A DNA stretch of 64,000 nt, taken from the IMG/VR virus record IMGVR_UViG_3300034013_000894. The stretch is one strand, 5' to 3'. The notes under the pieces are model-generated. The model was given only the letters and a program-made list of their open reading frames with translations. It had not been told where the DNA came from and made no database searches. The stretch comes from an uncultured virus (IMG/VR IMGVR_UViG_3300034013_000894) (lineage: Duplodnaviria > Heunggongvirae > Uroviricota > Caudoviricetes). Shown here one piece after another: positions 18,778 through 27,905 of this stretch (positions are counted from its first letter, which is position 1; the number at the start of each line of letters is the position of its first letter). The position numbers and the translations under genes were made by a program.

Positions 18778-21700
18778 GTGGGCAAAGTAGTCAAGGCAAT
18801 TGTCGGCGTAGCCGTTGCCGTCGTCGGCGTTGTTACTGGCAACCCACTTCTTATTGCTCAAGGTCTGTCCATGACCTTGGGGGCAGTGCTTCAAAAATCA
18901 AATGCGGGTAATAAGGCAACAAATGGTCGCTTGTCAAAGCGCCTTGAGCCCGAAGATTTCCGCAAGATTATTTTCGGCAAGACCGCGGGTGGCGCAGATT
19001 TGCGCTATTGGGAAACTTGGGGCAGTGATTATACCAAGTTTGACGAGGTGGTGGCGGTTGCAACCCACACTATCCATTCATTCCAAGAAACCTACATTGA
19101 GGAAGAGCTTGTCGGCCTGAGTGGCGGTGCGGCAACAGGCACTTATGCAGGTGCTCTGTCTGTGCTGCAGACCACAACAGGTGGCCATCTCTCTGCGGGT
19201 GCAGGTTCTCTTTGGGGTGCCAGCCAAAAGATGACGGGCATTCCATATTATGTTTTCCGGTGGACTTATTCTGAGAAAAAGCTCCCCCAAGGTATTCCGT
19301 CACGATATACCCGCATTGTTGAAGGCGCTTTGGTTTATGACCCCCGGCGTGACAGCACTCGTGGTGGCTCAGGCACTCACCGCGCGGACGATCAGTCGAC
19401 CTGGCAATACGCCCCACTTGACAGCAATAATGTCCCTATTGGCCGCAACAATGCGCTGCAGATGCTTTGGTATCTGATCGGCTGGCGTATCAATAACAAG
19501 CTCGTAGCCGGCCGAGGGGTAGACCTTTCAGACATTGATTTTGAAGGCTTCATTGCCGCGGCTAACGACTGCGAGGCGCAAGAATACTACACAGACATGA
19601 TCCTGTCCACTGGTGACAACCATTCCACCAACGAAGGAATTATCTCGGCGGATGGGTTGATTGGCGAGCTGCTCGATGCCGGTGGGTTGTGGACATACCA
19701 CATTACCCGCAATGATGTGGCCGAAGTGTCTGTGGCTTTGGATGATGATGATGTGGTAGAAGGCGGCTCAGTATCCTGGGTGCCTTTCAAGCCCATGTCT
19801 GATAAATTCAATGAAGTTGCGGGCACATACATTGATCCGTCACCAACCTCCCTGTTCCAAGCCCGTGCATATCCTACGGTATCAGACCCCACCTATTATG
19901 CAATGGATAATTACAAGAAGCGGAAGTCACAAGTTTTCCAGTGTGTGCAAGATGTAGCCTTAGCTCAAAAGCTGGGGCGCATTATGCTTAACCGGGCTCG
20001 CTATCAGGGGGAGTTCAGCGCCACATTTAACTTGCGAGCGTTGCGTGCCAAGGTATGGTCGATCGTGTGGCTAAGCCTCGAGCGTTTCGGCTTCGAGGAT
20101 AAGCCGTTCCGTGTCATCCGACAGGCCGTCTCAGCGCAGGGTGTCGAGATGGTTCTGCGTGAAGAAGAGGCTTCCATCTATACCGGCGGCACTGTGATTG
20201 AACAGGCTGCTCCGAGTGCAGGCTCAAAGTATGACCCGCGTATGCAGGTGCTCGTTACGGGCATGAACCTCGCTACCGGGTTCATTGCTGCCAATGACGG
20301 GTCAACCCAAGACGCGCTCATTGTTACTTGGAACCCGGCACCAGGCAATGTTCGCCGGACGGAAGTCCAGTATAAGCTCAGCAGTGAGACGGACGAAAAC
20401 AAGTGGCAGAGTGTCACCCTCACGACGTCCGATGCTGCGTCGGCCGCTATTGCACCCGTGGTGCCTCAGACCCAATATGACGTGCGGGTTCGCCATGTCA
20501 CAGTCAACGAAGTTCCTGGCCCCTACACCACGATGACGGTCATCGCAGGCGACAGCACGCGCTCGGTGGCCAATCGCGTGACCTACCTGGACAGCAATGA
20601 CCTTGAGAGCTGGAAGCCGTTTGAGCCCTATGCGGACGTTACGGCCAATGCTCTGGATTATGCAGGCTTCTATCTGGCTTCGCGTGAAGACCGCCTGCGC
20701 ACTGAAACCCGCACCCGGTTTGACCCGATCTTCTGGACGACCAACTTCCCGAGCACGATGATGGCCTCGGTTCGCAAGACCGCAGCCAATGCGGTCAAAA
20801 TGGACGCGGTTTTCTTCGAGCGTGGGCATCTGGCTGGTCTCATCTGGGAAAGCGTCGACGCGGTTGACCACCCCACGACGGCTTATGACACCAAGAAAGA
20901 CTATCGCAACACTGTGCTCAACTTTGACTACGCCCTTACGGGCGACGTCAAGGCTATCGACGAAGTTGAGGGGGTAGTCCTTACAATTGAAGGCCGCGAC
21001 TCCGGTGGGTCACCCAAGACATATTATTTGCAGCTTTACTTTTGCCGCACAAGTGGCACGGGAACCAATGGGCATTGCACATTGGACTTCAGCGACTTGC
21101 CGGATGAGGTGGGTGGTGGTAGCATTTATGCTGGTGATGTGGATCGTATGTTCATCTCGCTGGTGCCCAGCAACTATGAGCTCAACAATACCACAAAGCT
21201 CACGACACCAATTACTGCGAGCATTGAGCTAACCAATATCGCAGTGACCGGCACAAACAAGGACCTTATCTGCGGCCTTGGTCCTGGCGGCGCGCACAAT
21301 GTCCGCATGACCAATGGCTATGACGATACCTACAACGTTGTGCCAGACCGCATTGTTCGCAATTGCCAACTGCTTGGATATAAGGGCGAGTTTAACCACT
21401 ACGTGGGCATGTCACACTATTTCCAGTGGCTGTGGAACACGGGAGAGAGCCGGTATATTGCCCAAGATGTTACAAACCCGCTGAATACACCGTGCAAGTT
21501 GTGGCATGAAGGTCTGGCTGCCGCTCTGGCCGCAGCGGACATGACCCTCATCATCTCTCTCAGCTACGAAATGCTGAACAGCTTCGCGCCGACCTCGTGG
21601 CGGCAGTTGGATAGCGCAGGCAATCCGGCCTTGACCGGGTGGGCCCCACCGTCAACGCTGCTTTCGCCTTGCAATACTACCGCTATGGGTTACCTGGTCA

Positions 21701-23520
21701 AGGTGGCTCGCCAGTTCTGTGATATTGCGGATGCCGCGGGCCTGGACGTGCACTTTCAGGTGGGTGAACCATGGTATTGGATTAACTTCCAAGCCCCACG
21801 GACCCCATTCTTCTACGACACACCCACGACGGCTCTTTACACAACGCAGACAGGCCTCACTGCCCCAGTCATCACTGACATGGGGGCGGCTATGTCTGTC
21901 GCACAGCTAGCCTATCTGGACTGGCTGGGTGAAAAGCTCGCAGAAAGCATTTTGGATATTATCGACGCGGTTCGTAGTGACCACCCGCTGATGACCAGCT
22001 ATGCCCTGCTTTATTTGCCTCAGCTGCTCGAAGAAGCCACGCCTGAAGCTCACCGGGTCAATATGCCACCTGCTCTGGCCTATCCCGCACTGGATATTTT
22101 GCAGCTGGAAGACTACGATTTTGTCATTGCCAATGACCAGGAAAAGTCAGCAATCGGTCGTGGCCGAGCAGAAGACACTCTGGGTTATCCACGGTCTCGC
22201 CAGCATTACTTCTCAGGCTTTGCGCTTTACAAGGAAACGGCTGCAAACATTTGGCGCTACAGCACCGTGGCTATGCGGAATGCTTTCCAATGGGGCGTCT
22301 ATCCCGTGTTTATCTGGGCATACACGCAGGTTATGCGGGATGGGTATGTTCCGCTTCTGCGGGCAGCTCCTGCTCTGCATATGAAGGACCTCAAGGACGT
22401 GGACCTCGACTTGGTGCCTGCCACCAACGGGCAGGTTCTGCGTTACGATGCGGCGACTAAGCAGTGGAAACCAGCTACCCTGTCTACCGGTGACGTTTCG
22501 GGTGCAGTGACCACATTCCTCGGCTTGACGGATACGCCCGATAGCTATAGTGGCCATGCGTTCAAGGTGCCCCGGGTTAATTCGGGCGGCACAGGTCTGG
22601 AGTTTGCTCCGATCCTCCAGCTGCCTGCTGGTGGTGCAACTGGCACGATCCTCCAGAAGTTCGGCGCAGGCGATGGTGAAGCCACCTGGTCAAGCCTGAC
22701 GGCAGGCATTGTGACTTTCACCCCGGCGGGTGGATTGTCTGCAACTGATGTGCAAGCTGCCATTGTGGAGCTTGATACCGAAAAGGCCTCGCTGTCAGGC
22801 GGTATCTTCAGTGGGCATATCTCGGTGCCGGATGACGCCTATGCCGCGGGCTGGAATGGCTCCACTCAGGTGGCCACCAAAAACGCCATCTATGACAAGA
22901 TTGAAAGCCTGACTTTCCTTAACCTGTCGGACGTGCCAGACAGCTATACTGGGCATGGCTTAAAGTTCCCGCGCATCAAGTCCGATGGGAGTGGCCTGGA
23001 GTTCGTGGCCGTCAGCCAGCTGCCCACTGGTGGTGCCACAGGCACAATCCTGCAGAAGTTCGGCGCAGGCGATGGTGAAGCCACCTGGTCAAGCCTGACT
23101 GCAGGCATTACTGCATTCACCCCTACGGGCAACATTGCAGCAACAAATGTCCAAGCGGCATTGGCTGAGCTCGACAGTGAAAAGCAAGCCAATCTGGTTG
23201 TCCCAAGTGAACAAATACCCACATTGAACTCCCCATGGATCAACTATGGCGGTGGGTTTATGGGCACTCGTTATTACAAGACTGTCGAAGGGGTAGTGGT
23301 TATTGAGGGACTTATCCAAGCTGCGGGTGGGTCAGACACAACTGATGTGGTCTTGTTTACTCTGCTCACTGGCTATAGGCCTTCAGCGGATTTGATGTTC
23401 CATGTAATGGACGGGGGTGGTGGCAATCGAATTGACGTATTGACCAATGGAGATGTGGTTATGCGGAATGGTAACACTGCTTTCACTTCGTTGAGTGGCA
23501 TAGTGTTTATGGCCGATTGA
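18778..23520 (+). CDS. central tail tip / host-specificity protein (J-like + FN3 + TIM-barrel-like domain + fibre repeats)
   Basis: 1580 aa; N-terminal tip-attachment region (YDPRRDST.GGSG.HR..DQSTW), FN3-like YDVRVRHV, internal hydrolase-like region, duplicated fibre module, C-terminal receptor-binding-like domain. Confidence 0.85.
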   Translation: MGKVVKAIVGVAVAVVGVVTGNPLLIAQGLSMTLGAVLQKSNAGNKATNGRLSKRLEPEDFRKIIFGKTAGGADLRYWETWGSDYTKFDEVVAVATHTIHSFQETYIEEELVGLSGGAATGTYAGALSVLQTTTGGHLSAGAGSLWGASQKMTGIPYYVFRWTYSEKKLPQGIPSRYTRIVEGALVYDPRRDSTRGGSGTHRADDQSTWQYAPLDSNNVPIGRNNALQMLWYLIGWRINNKLVAGRGVDLSDIDFEGFIAAANDCEAQEYYTDMILSTGDNHSTNEGIISADGLIGELLDAGGLWTYHITRNDVAEVSVALDDDDVVEGGSVSWVPFKPMSDKFNEVAGTYIDPSPTSLFQARAYPTVSDPTYYAMDNYKKRKSQVFQCVQDVALAQKLGRIMLNRARYQGEFSATFNLRALRAKVWSIVWLSLERFGFEDKPFRVIRQAVSAQGVEMVLREEEASIYTGGTVIEQAAPSAGSKYDPRMQVLVTGMNLATGFIAANDGSTQDALIVTWNPAPGNVRRTEVQYKLSSETDENKWQSVTLTTSDAASAAIAPVVPQTQYDVRVRHVTVNEVPGPYTTMTVIAGDSTRSVANRVTYLDSNDLESWKPFEPYADVTANALDYAGFYLASREDRLRTETRTRFDPIFWTTNFPSTMMASVRKTAANAVKMDAVFFERGHLAGLIWESVDAVDHPTTAYDTKKDYRNTVLNFDYALTGDVKAIDEVEGVVLTIEGRDSGGSPKTYYLQLYFCRTSGTGTNGHCTLDFSDLPDEVGGGSIYAGDVDRMFISLVPSNYELNNTTKLTTPITASIELTNIAVTGTNKDLICGLGPGGAHNVRMTNGYDDTYNVVPDRIVRNCQLLGYKGEFNHYVGMSHYFQWLWNTGESRYIAQDVTNPLNTPCKLWHEGLAAALAAADMTLIISLSYEMLNSFAPTSWRQLDSAGNPALTGWAPPSTLLSPCNTTAMGYLVKVARQFCDIADAAGLDVHFQVGEPWYWINFQAPRTPFFYDTPTTALYTTQTGLTAPVITDMGAAMSVAQLAYLDWLGEKLAESILDIIDAVRSDHPLMTSYALLYLPQLLEEATPEAHRVNMPPALAYPALDILQLEDYDFVIANDQEKSAIGRGRAEDTLGYPRSRQHYFSGFALYKETAANIWRYSTVAMRNAFQWGVYPVFIWAYTQVMRDGYVPLLRAAPALHMKDLKDVDLDLVPATNGQVLRYDAATKQWKPATLSTGDVSGAVTTFLGLTDTPDSYSGHAFKVPRVNSGGTGLEFAPILQLPAGGATGTILQKFGAGDGEATWSSLTAGIVTFTPAGGLSATDVQAAIVELDTEKASLSGGIFSGHISVPDDAYAAGWNGSTQVATKNAIYDKIESLTFLNLSDVPDSYTGHGLKFPRIKSDGSGLEFVAVSQLPTGGATGTILQKFGAGDGEATWSSLTAGITAFTPTGNIAATNVQAALAELDSEKQANLVVPSEQIPTLNSPWINYGGGFMGTRYYKTVEGVVVIEGLIQAAGGSDTTDVVLFTLLTGYRPSADLMFHVMDGGGGNRIDVLTNGDVVMRNGNTAFTSLSGIVFMAD
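22654..23099 (+). repeat. 47-bp perfect direct repeat within duplicated fibre module (22654-22700 and 23053-23099)
   Basis: CAGAAGTTCGGCGCAGGCGATGGTGAAGCCACCTGGTCAAGCCTGAC twice, 399 bp apart and in frame. Confidence 0.9.
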
Positions 23521-23588
23521 CGGGCCGCGCTGAGGCTCCCGTGGGGCATAGGTCCTAGCAACCTATTCACCAACCCACGGGAGTCCTC

Positions 23589-24026
23589 ATGGCCTACACC
23601 TTCGGAGACCGCAGCGAGCAGAACCTCGTAGGCGTGCATCCCAAAATGCAAGCTGTGGTTCGGCGAGCATTACAGATTAGCGCCCGCATCGGCGGACCAG
23701 ACTTTGCGGTCATCGAGGGCGTTCGCACCGAAGCACGGCAGCGAGACCTGTATGCCCAGGGCCGCACCAAGCCGGGCAAGGTTGTGACGTGGACACTGAA
23801 GTCCAATCACTTCAAAAATCCTCGCACAGGCTTTGGCCATGCTGTGGACCTCTTCCCGGGCACCTGGGATGATCTTCGCAAGTTTGACCTCATGGCCAAG
23901 GCCATGTTCCAGGCTGCGGATGAACTCAATACCCCCATCCGGTGGGGCGCCGATTGGGATCGCGATGGTAAACCTCGCGAACGTGGCGAAACGGACAGCC
24001 CACATTTCGAACTCTGGGGCGTGTGA
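23589..24026 (+). CDS. endolysin, M15 L-Ala-D-Glu peptidase family
   Basis: GVHP, EG.RT..RQ..LYAQGRT, SNH, GHAVD, WGADW, D.PHFEL. Confidence 0.9.
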   Translation: MAYTFGDRSEQNLVGVHPKMQAVVRRALQISARIGGPDFAVIEGVRTEARQRDLYAQGRTKPGKVVTWTLKSNHFKNPRTGFGHAVDLFPGTWDDLRKFDLMAKAMFQAADELNTPIRWGADWDRDGKPRERGETDSPHFELWGV

Positions 24027-24466
24027 TGGACCTCACTCGCTTCACCCCTGTCGGTCGAGTGCGAACCGCCCTGATTGCTTTGGCAGTCATCGTGGGTCTT
24101 GCCTTGGCGGGTATCGTTGTATGGAAAGTGTTTTTCGCAGGCACTGCCGCAAAGCGAGTTGCTGCGGAAGCTGTGGTCGGACAGGAAGCGGCCGAAGGCC
24201 AAAGTCGAGCCGCGGAAGCCGCTCTGGGCAAGATAATTATCCGCACCGAAGAGCACCGCATCATCGAGGAGCGGGTCCAGAAAGGAGTGACGCATGTTTA
24301 CCAAACCGAAGGCTCGCGCAATAGCGTCGGGGCTCAGCTTGACGCTGCTGGCCGCAATGCTCTCTGCATGCACGACACATATCAGCGTGCCAATGACTGC
24401 CCTGGACTGCCCACGGCTGGTGCATCCAGCCCTGCGGCAACCGACGCCGAGCGCAACGGGTCCTGA
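24023..24466 (+). CDS. i-spanin (Rz-like)
   Basis: Single N-terminal TM segment and helical periplasmic part; follows the endolysin. Confidence 0.7.
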   Translation: MMDLTRFTPVGRVRTALIALAVIVGLALAGIVVWKVFFAGTAAKRVAAEAVVGQEAAEGQSRAAEAALGKIIIRTEEHRIIEERVQKGVTHVYQTEGSRNSVGAQLDAAGRNALCMHDTYQRANDCPGLPTAGASSPAATDAERNGS

Positions 24467-24644
24467 AGACGACACTGCAGGCGCCTGGATCAATTTTGGG
24501 GTTCGACAGACCGGGCAACTTGAGCGATCAAATGTAGATCGTGAGGTGGTCCTTGGCATTTATGATGAGTGCTATCGACAACAGCGAGCTGCGCAAGCTG
24601 AAGCTGAACGTCGCACAAAGCCCTGGTGGCGCCGCATTTTCTGA
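24294..24644 (+). CDS. o-spanin lipoprotein (Rz1-like), overlapping Rz
   Basis: Lipobox LLAAMLSA-C in the +1 frame within Rz, Pro-rich; exact start uncertain. Confidence 0.7.
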   Translation: MFTKPKARAIASGLSLTLLAAMLSACTTHISVPMTALDCPRLVHPALRQPTPSATGPEDDTAGAWINFGVRQTGQLERSNVDREVVLGIYDECYRQQRAAQAEAERRTKPWWRRIF

Positions 24645-24654
24645 GGAATGACTG

Positions 24655-24972
24655 ATGGAACTCCTGGCAATTCTTGCAGCCTTTGCGGCCTCCTTGACCG
24701 GCATCATTGCCGTAGGGTGTGGCCACCGGTTCTGCTATACTCGACAGCAACTGGCCGACGGTGATCCGATTGCTCTGGCTTACGTGTGGGTATGTGGATC
24801 AACCATGGCTTCGGCCTTTCACGCCACCGCCCTGCTCGACGCAGCGGCATGCGACAGTGGGCAATCCGGGCTATTCGCGCTCGCAGCATCGACGAGCTCT
24901 TCGCTCCTATTCGCCGCAGCTCACGTGGTGGTAGGAAGGTGGGCAGATAAAAAGAACGGAGTCGCAACGTGA
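24655..24972 (+). CDS. membrane protein (holin/antiholin candidate)
   Basis: About three hydrophobic segments; GAGG RBS; in the lysis cassette. Confidence 0.55.
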   Translation: MELLAILAAFAASLTGIIAVGCGHRFCYTRQQLADGDPIALAYVWVCGSTMASAFHATALLDAAACDSGQSGLFALAASTSSSLLFAAAHVVVGRWADKKNGVAT

Positions 24973-25373
24973 ACTGGCTTACCAACCAGCTTACTGACCT
25001 CCCGCGGGAGGTCATCAACACCCTCTGGGTCTTCCTGGCTGGCAGCGTGCTTACGCTCTTCCGTTCCATTGTGGACGGCACTCGTCGTTCTGCCAAGGCT
25101 CTTGTGCTCGGCTGCATTTTTGGCGGTCTTGGAGCAACGATTGCTTATGACATGTTTGCCAGCAGCGACTGGCGGGTATTCTGGACGGGCTGCGCGGCAG
25201 TCATTGCAGAAAACTTCGTGGTGGGTCTGTTCAACGCAAGCAAGAAGTTCCGCGAAAACCCTATTGACACTTTCAAGGATCTGTGGGCTACTGTAACACC
25301 TGGCCTTTCAGCCGTGAAAGATTTCACCAGTAAGTCGGACGATAATAAGCCCGGCGAAGACAACCGGGGCTGA
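24969..25373 (+). CDS. holin candidate
   Basis: 2-3 TM segments with a charged C-terminus; GTGA overlap with the upstream gene. Confidence 0.55.
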   Translation: MNWLTNQLTDLPREVINTLWVFLAGSVLTLFRSIVDGTRRSAKALVLGCIFGGLGATIAYDMFASSDWRVFWTGCAAVIAENFVVGLFNASKKFRENPIDTFKDLWATVTPGLSAVKDFTSKSDDNKPGEDNRG

Positions 25374-25382
25374 GAGAATAGA

Positions 25383-26936
25383 ATGGTCCATAAAGACATC
25401 GAAGGCTCGGGGCAGAAAGTCCCGAGCCTTTCAACTTCCGAGGCTTCTACGGAAGCTCCAATCGTCGTAAAAGGGCGCATCGGCGAGAGGGACAGAGAGC
25501 ACCGAGAGCTTCCGGCCGATGGCGAGGTCAAGCGCTACCTTTTTACCTCTGCACAGAACAATACCCACGTGCATGAGACGGTGTGGCTGAATGTTATGGC
25601 CATGGCTGAGCATTATGACGCCGAGCTCATGGTGGGCACTTTCAGTTACAATAAGGGCGCATACGGCAGCAAGTCCGTCAAGCGCGGCACAGACAGCTGG
25701 CGAGACCGCCATGACGACCTCTGGTATGACCCACAGTTGACCGAGTTCATCGTGGACGAGACAGTCCAGCTTGCTCCAGGTCTTGTGTGGGCTGGTGAGC
25801 TTAATATCATCCCCACTGCGCCAGACCCACTTTCGAACCTTGAAAGCTATCACGGGCGAGATAGCAATATCATCCCGCATGCTCAACATGCTATGGCCTC
25901 AGTGGCCAGTCTCGATGGTGAAGCAGCAAAGCTCAACTATACAACCGGCACGGTTACCCAGCGCAATTACATTCAGAAGAAAGCGGGGCTCAAAGCCGAG
26001 CGCTATCATGGATATGGTGCCGTGCTTGTTGAAGTCTGCGGTGATGGCAGCTGGTTCATCCGGCAGCTCGAAGCTGCAGTGGACGGCTCCATCCGCGACC
26101 TGCATCTCAAGGCCCAGAATGGCGTTGTGACCGATGGCCATGCAATTGAATGTGTAAGCTGGGGCGATGTGCATGTCCGCGTGTCCGATCCGATTGTCCG
26201 AGTGCTAGCTTGGGGCGAGGGTGGTATGCTGGACGTTCTTCGGCCGCGTATCCAGGTTCTCCACGACGTCATCGACTTCCGATCCCGCAATCACCATGAT
26301 GCCAAGGACCCGCTGCTCGGGTTCCAGAAGTGGAAGGCAGGCCAGGAAAGCGTCAAAGACGAAACCTGCGAAGCTATGGACTTCATGCTGCGCGAAGCCT
26401 CGCGGTATTGGACGACCACTTACGTTGCCCCATCGAACCACCACGAGGCCATGGCCAGGTGGCTCAAGGAGACAGACTGGCGGAAAGACCCGGTCAACGC
26501 TGAGTTCTACCACGAAGCCTGGCTCGCATTGCTTAAGGGCGAGCAAGACATTTTTGCCTGGGCCTGCGCACGCTATGGCGTGATAAATGAGCAGGACTTC
26601 CTGCGAGCAGCCCGACTCAAGTTCCTGCATGACGATGAAAGCCTGGTAGTCGCAAAGCATGCAGACGGAGGCATTGAAGTCGGTATGCACGGGCATCTCG
26701 GACCGAACGGTGCCCGGGGTAATGCTCGAGCATTTGCCCGACTTGGCCGCCGGGTAACCGTCGGGCATATGCACAGTGCAAGCATCATGCTTGGGGTATA
26801 CGTGGCCGGCACTTCAAGTCAGATGCGCCTCGGCTATAACCGCGGGCCGTCTTCTTGGTCACACAGCCACGTCATCCATTATCCCGAAGGCACGCGGACA
26901 ATGATTACAATGTGGGCGGGGAGATGGCGAGGGTAA
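25383..26936 (+). CDS. T5 A1-like protein (metallophosphoesterase-fold nuclease)
   Basis: TSAQNNT, NIIPTA, TG..T..NYIQ.KAG.KAE, GD.H, HDV.DF.SRNHH, SNH, G.HGH.G.NG.RG, GH.HS, GYN.G.SSW match my recollection of T5 A1. Confidence 0.8.
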   Translation: MVHKDIEGSGQKVPSLSTSEASTEAPIVVKGRIGERDREHRELPADGEVKRYLFTSAQNNTHVHETVWLNVMAMAEHYDAELMVGTFSYNKGAYGSKSVKRGTDSWRDRHDDLWYDPQLTEFIVDETVQLAPGLVWAGELNIIPTAPDPLSNLESYHGRDSNIIPHAQHAMASVASLDGEAAKLNYTTGTVTQRNYIQKKAGLKAERYHGYGAVLVEVCGDGSWFIRQLEAAVDGSIRDLHLKAQNGVVTDGHAIECVSWGDVHVRVSDPIVRVLAWGEGGMLDVLRPRIQVLHDVIDFRSRNHHDAKDPLLGFQKWKAGQESVKDETCEAMDFMLREASRYWTTTYVAPSNHHEAMARWLKETDWRKDPVNAEFYHEAWLALLKGEQDIFAWACARYGVINEQDFLRAARLKFLHDDESLVVAKHADGGIEVGMHGHLGPNGARGNARAFARLGRRVTVGHMHSASIMLGVYVAGTSSQMRLGYNRGPSSWSHSHVIHYPEGTRTMITMWAGRWRG

Positions 26937-27216
26937 CTTCCACAATCTGAAAGTCTTCCCGCTTTCTTTCCGGTGCAGGTGAAGGCCGCAAATTGCCATT
27001 GTCCTTATAGCCGGTCTCCCAATCAGCGGTCGTAAGCCGACCCCAGCGACCCTTGAGCCAGAAGCTTAGAGCCCGCGCGGCACATGCTTGAGACCTAAAG
27101 AGCCGCGGATTGATGATCCACCAGTGGGTGGGCTCATGCCAAGTATGCCCTCGGCCTTCATAGCCCGGCAAGAACTTGGTCGGCTCTTTGACCGACTGAA
27201 TGGCAAAGAACTTCAT
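26905..27216 (-). CDS. hypothetical protein
   Basis: 103-aa ORF, ATGA-coupled to the upstream gene. Confidence 0.6.
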   Translation of the reverse strand: MKFFAIQSVKEPTKFLPGYEGRGHTWHEPTHWWIINPRLFRSQACAARALSFWLKGRWGRLTTADWETGYKDNGNLRPSPAPERKREDFQIVEVTLAISPPTL

Positions 27217-27905
27217 GCGGGCTTCCGGGCCAGGATTGCATCAACTTCCTTGCGAGCTTTTTCCAGTGCCAATGGATAACCTCCAGGGGCCATGAGGCGC
27301 ACAACCTCTTTGGGCACGCCCACTTCATCGAACATTCCATGACCACCGACGAGCATGTGCGCTTTGATGCGCAGATAGCACTGATGCCGCAGCTCTTCCG
27401 CGCTCATGCGGTTATCTCGGTGCCGGCGGCTCGGCCAAGGCAGAGTGAAATCCGGCCCGAGAGGCTCAGTAAGCAGCCCGTCCATAGCATAATCGTAGTC
27501 GACCTCAAGCTCATGCAGCTCGAAGCGCGGCAACTCGAAGCCCGGACCTGCGAGAAACTCCAGATAGGGCGGAAGCACCTCTCCCTGCGAGTGCATATCG
27601 CGGCAGGCATGAGAGGCTGGCGTATGGGACAGCCGAGACAGTGCGGCTCCACGAGAACAGCCAACGAGCAAGACACGGCGATCAACCATGACCTGGGCGC
27701 ACAATGCCCGCCCCTGCCCTTGAAGCCACTCCCGGGCCTCTTCATCAACCTGAACAGCCAAGCCTGTCCGCCAGTATCCTACTTTACACCGCATGCTCCC
27801 GTCTCCTTCAAACAAATAGGGCGTCTGAAGCCTTTCTGCTCCAGACGCCCCAATCGTCGTCCCATTATTAACCGAAGGTTTATTGGCAGGCGAGACACTC
27901 CTCAT
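27213..27905 (-). CDS. hypothetical protein (true start probably downstream, about 27794)
   Basis: Long ORF following nrdA. Confidence 0.55.
   Translation of the reverse strand: MRSVSPANKPSVNNGTTIGASGAERLQTPYLFEGDGSMRCKVGYWRTGLAVQVDEEAREWLQGQGRALCAQVMVDRRVLLVGCSRGAALSRLSHTPASHACRDMHSQGEVLPPYLEFLAGPGFELPRFELHELEVDYDYAMDGLLTEPLGPDFTLPWPSRRHRDNRMSAEELRHQCYLRIKAHMLVGGHGMFDEVGVPKEVVRLMAPGGYPLALEKARKEVDAILARKPA

Noticed and set aside
22654..23099. Diversity-generating retroelement TR/VR pair
   Set aside because: Both copies are in frame in one gene, differences are not adenine-specific, and no reverse transcriptase is in the window.
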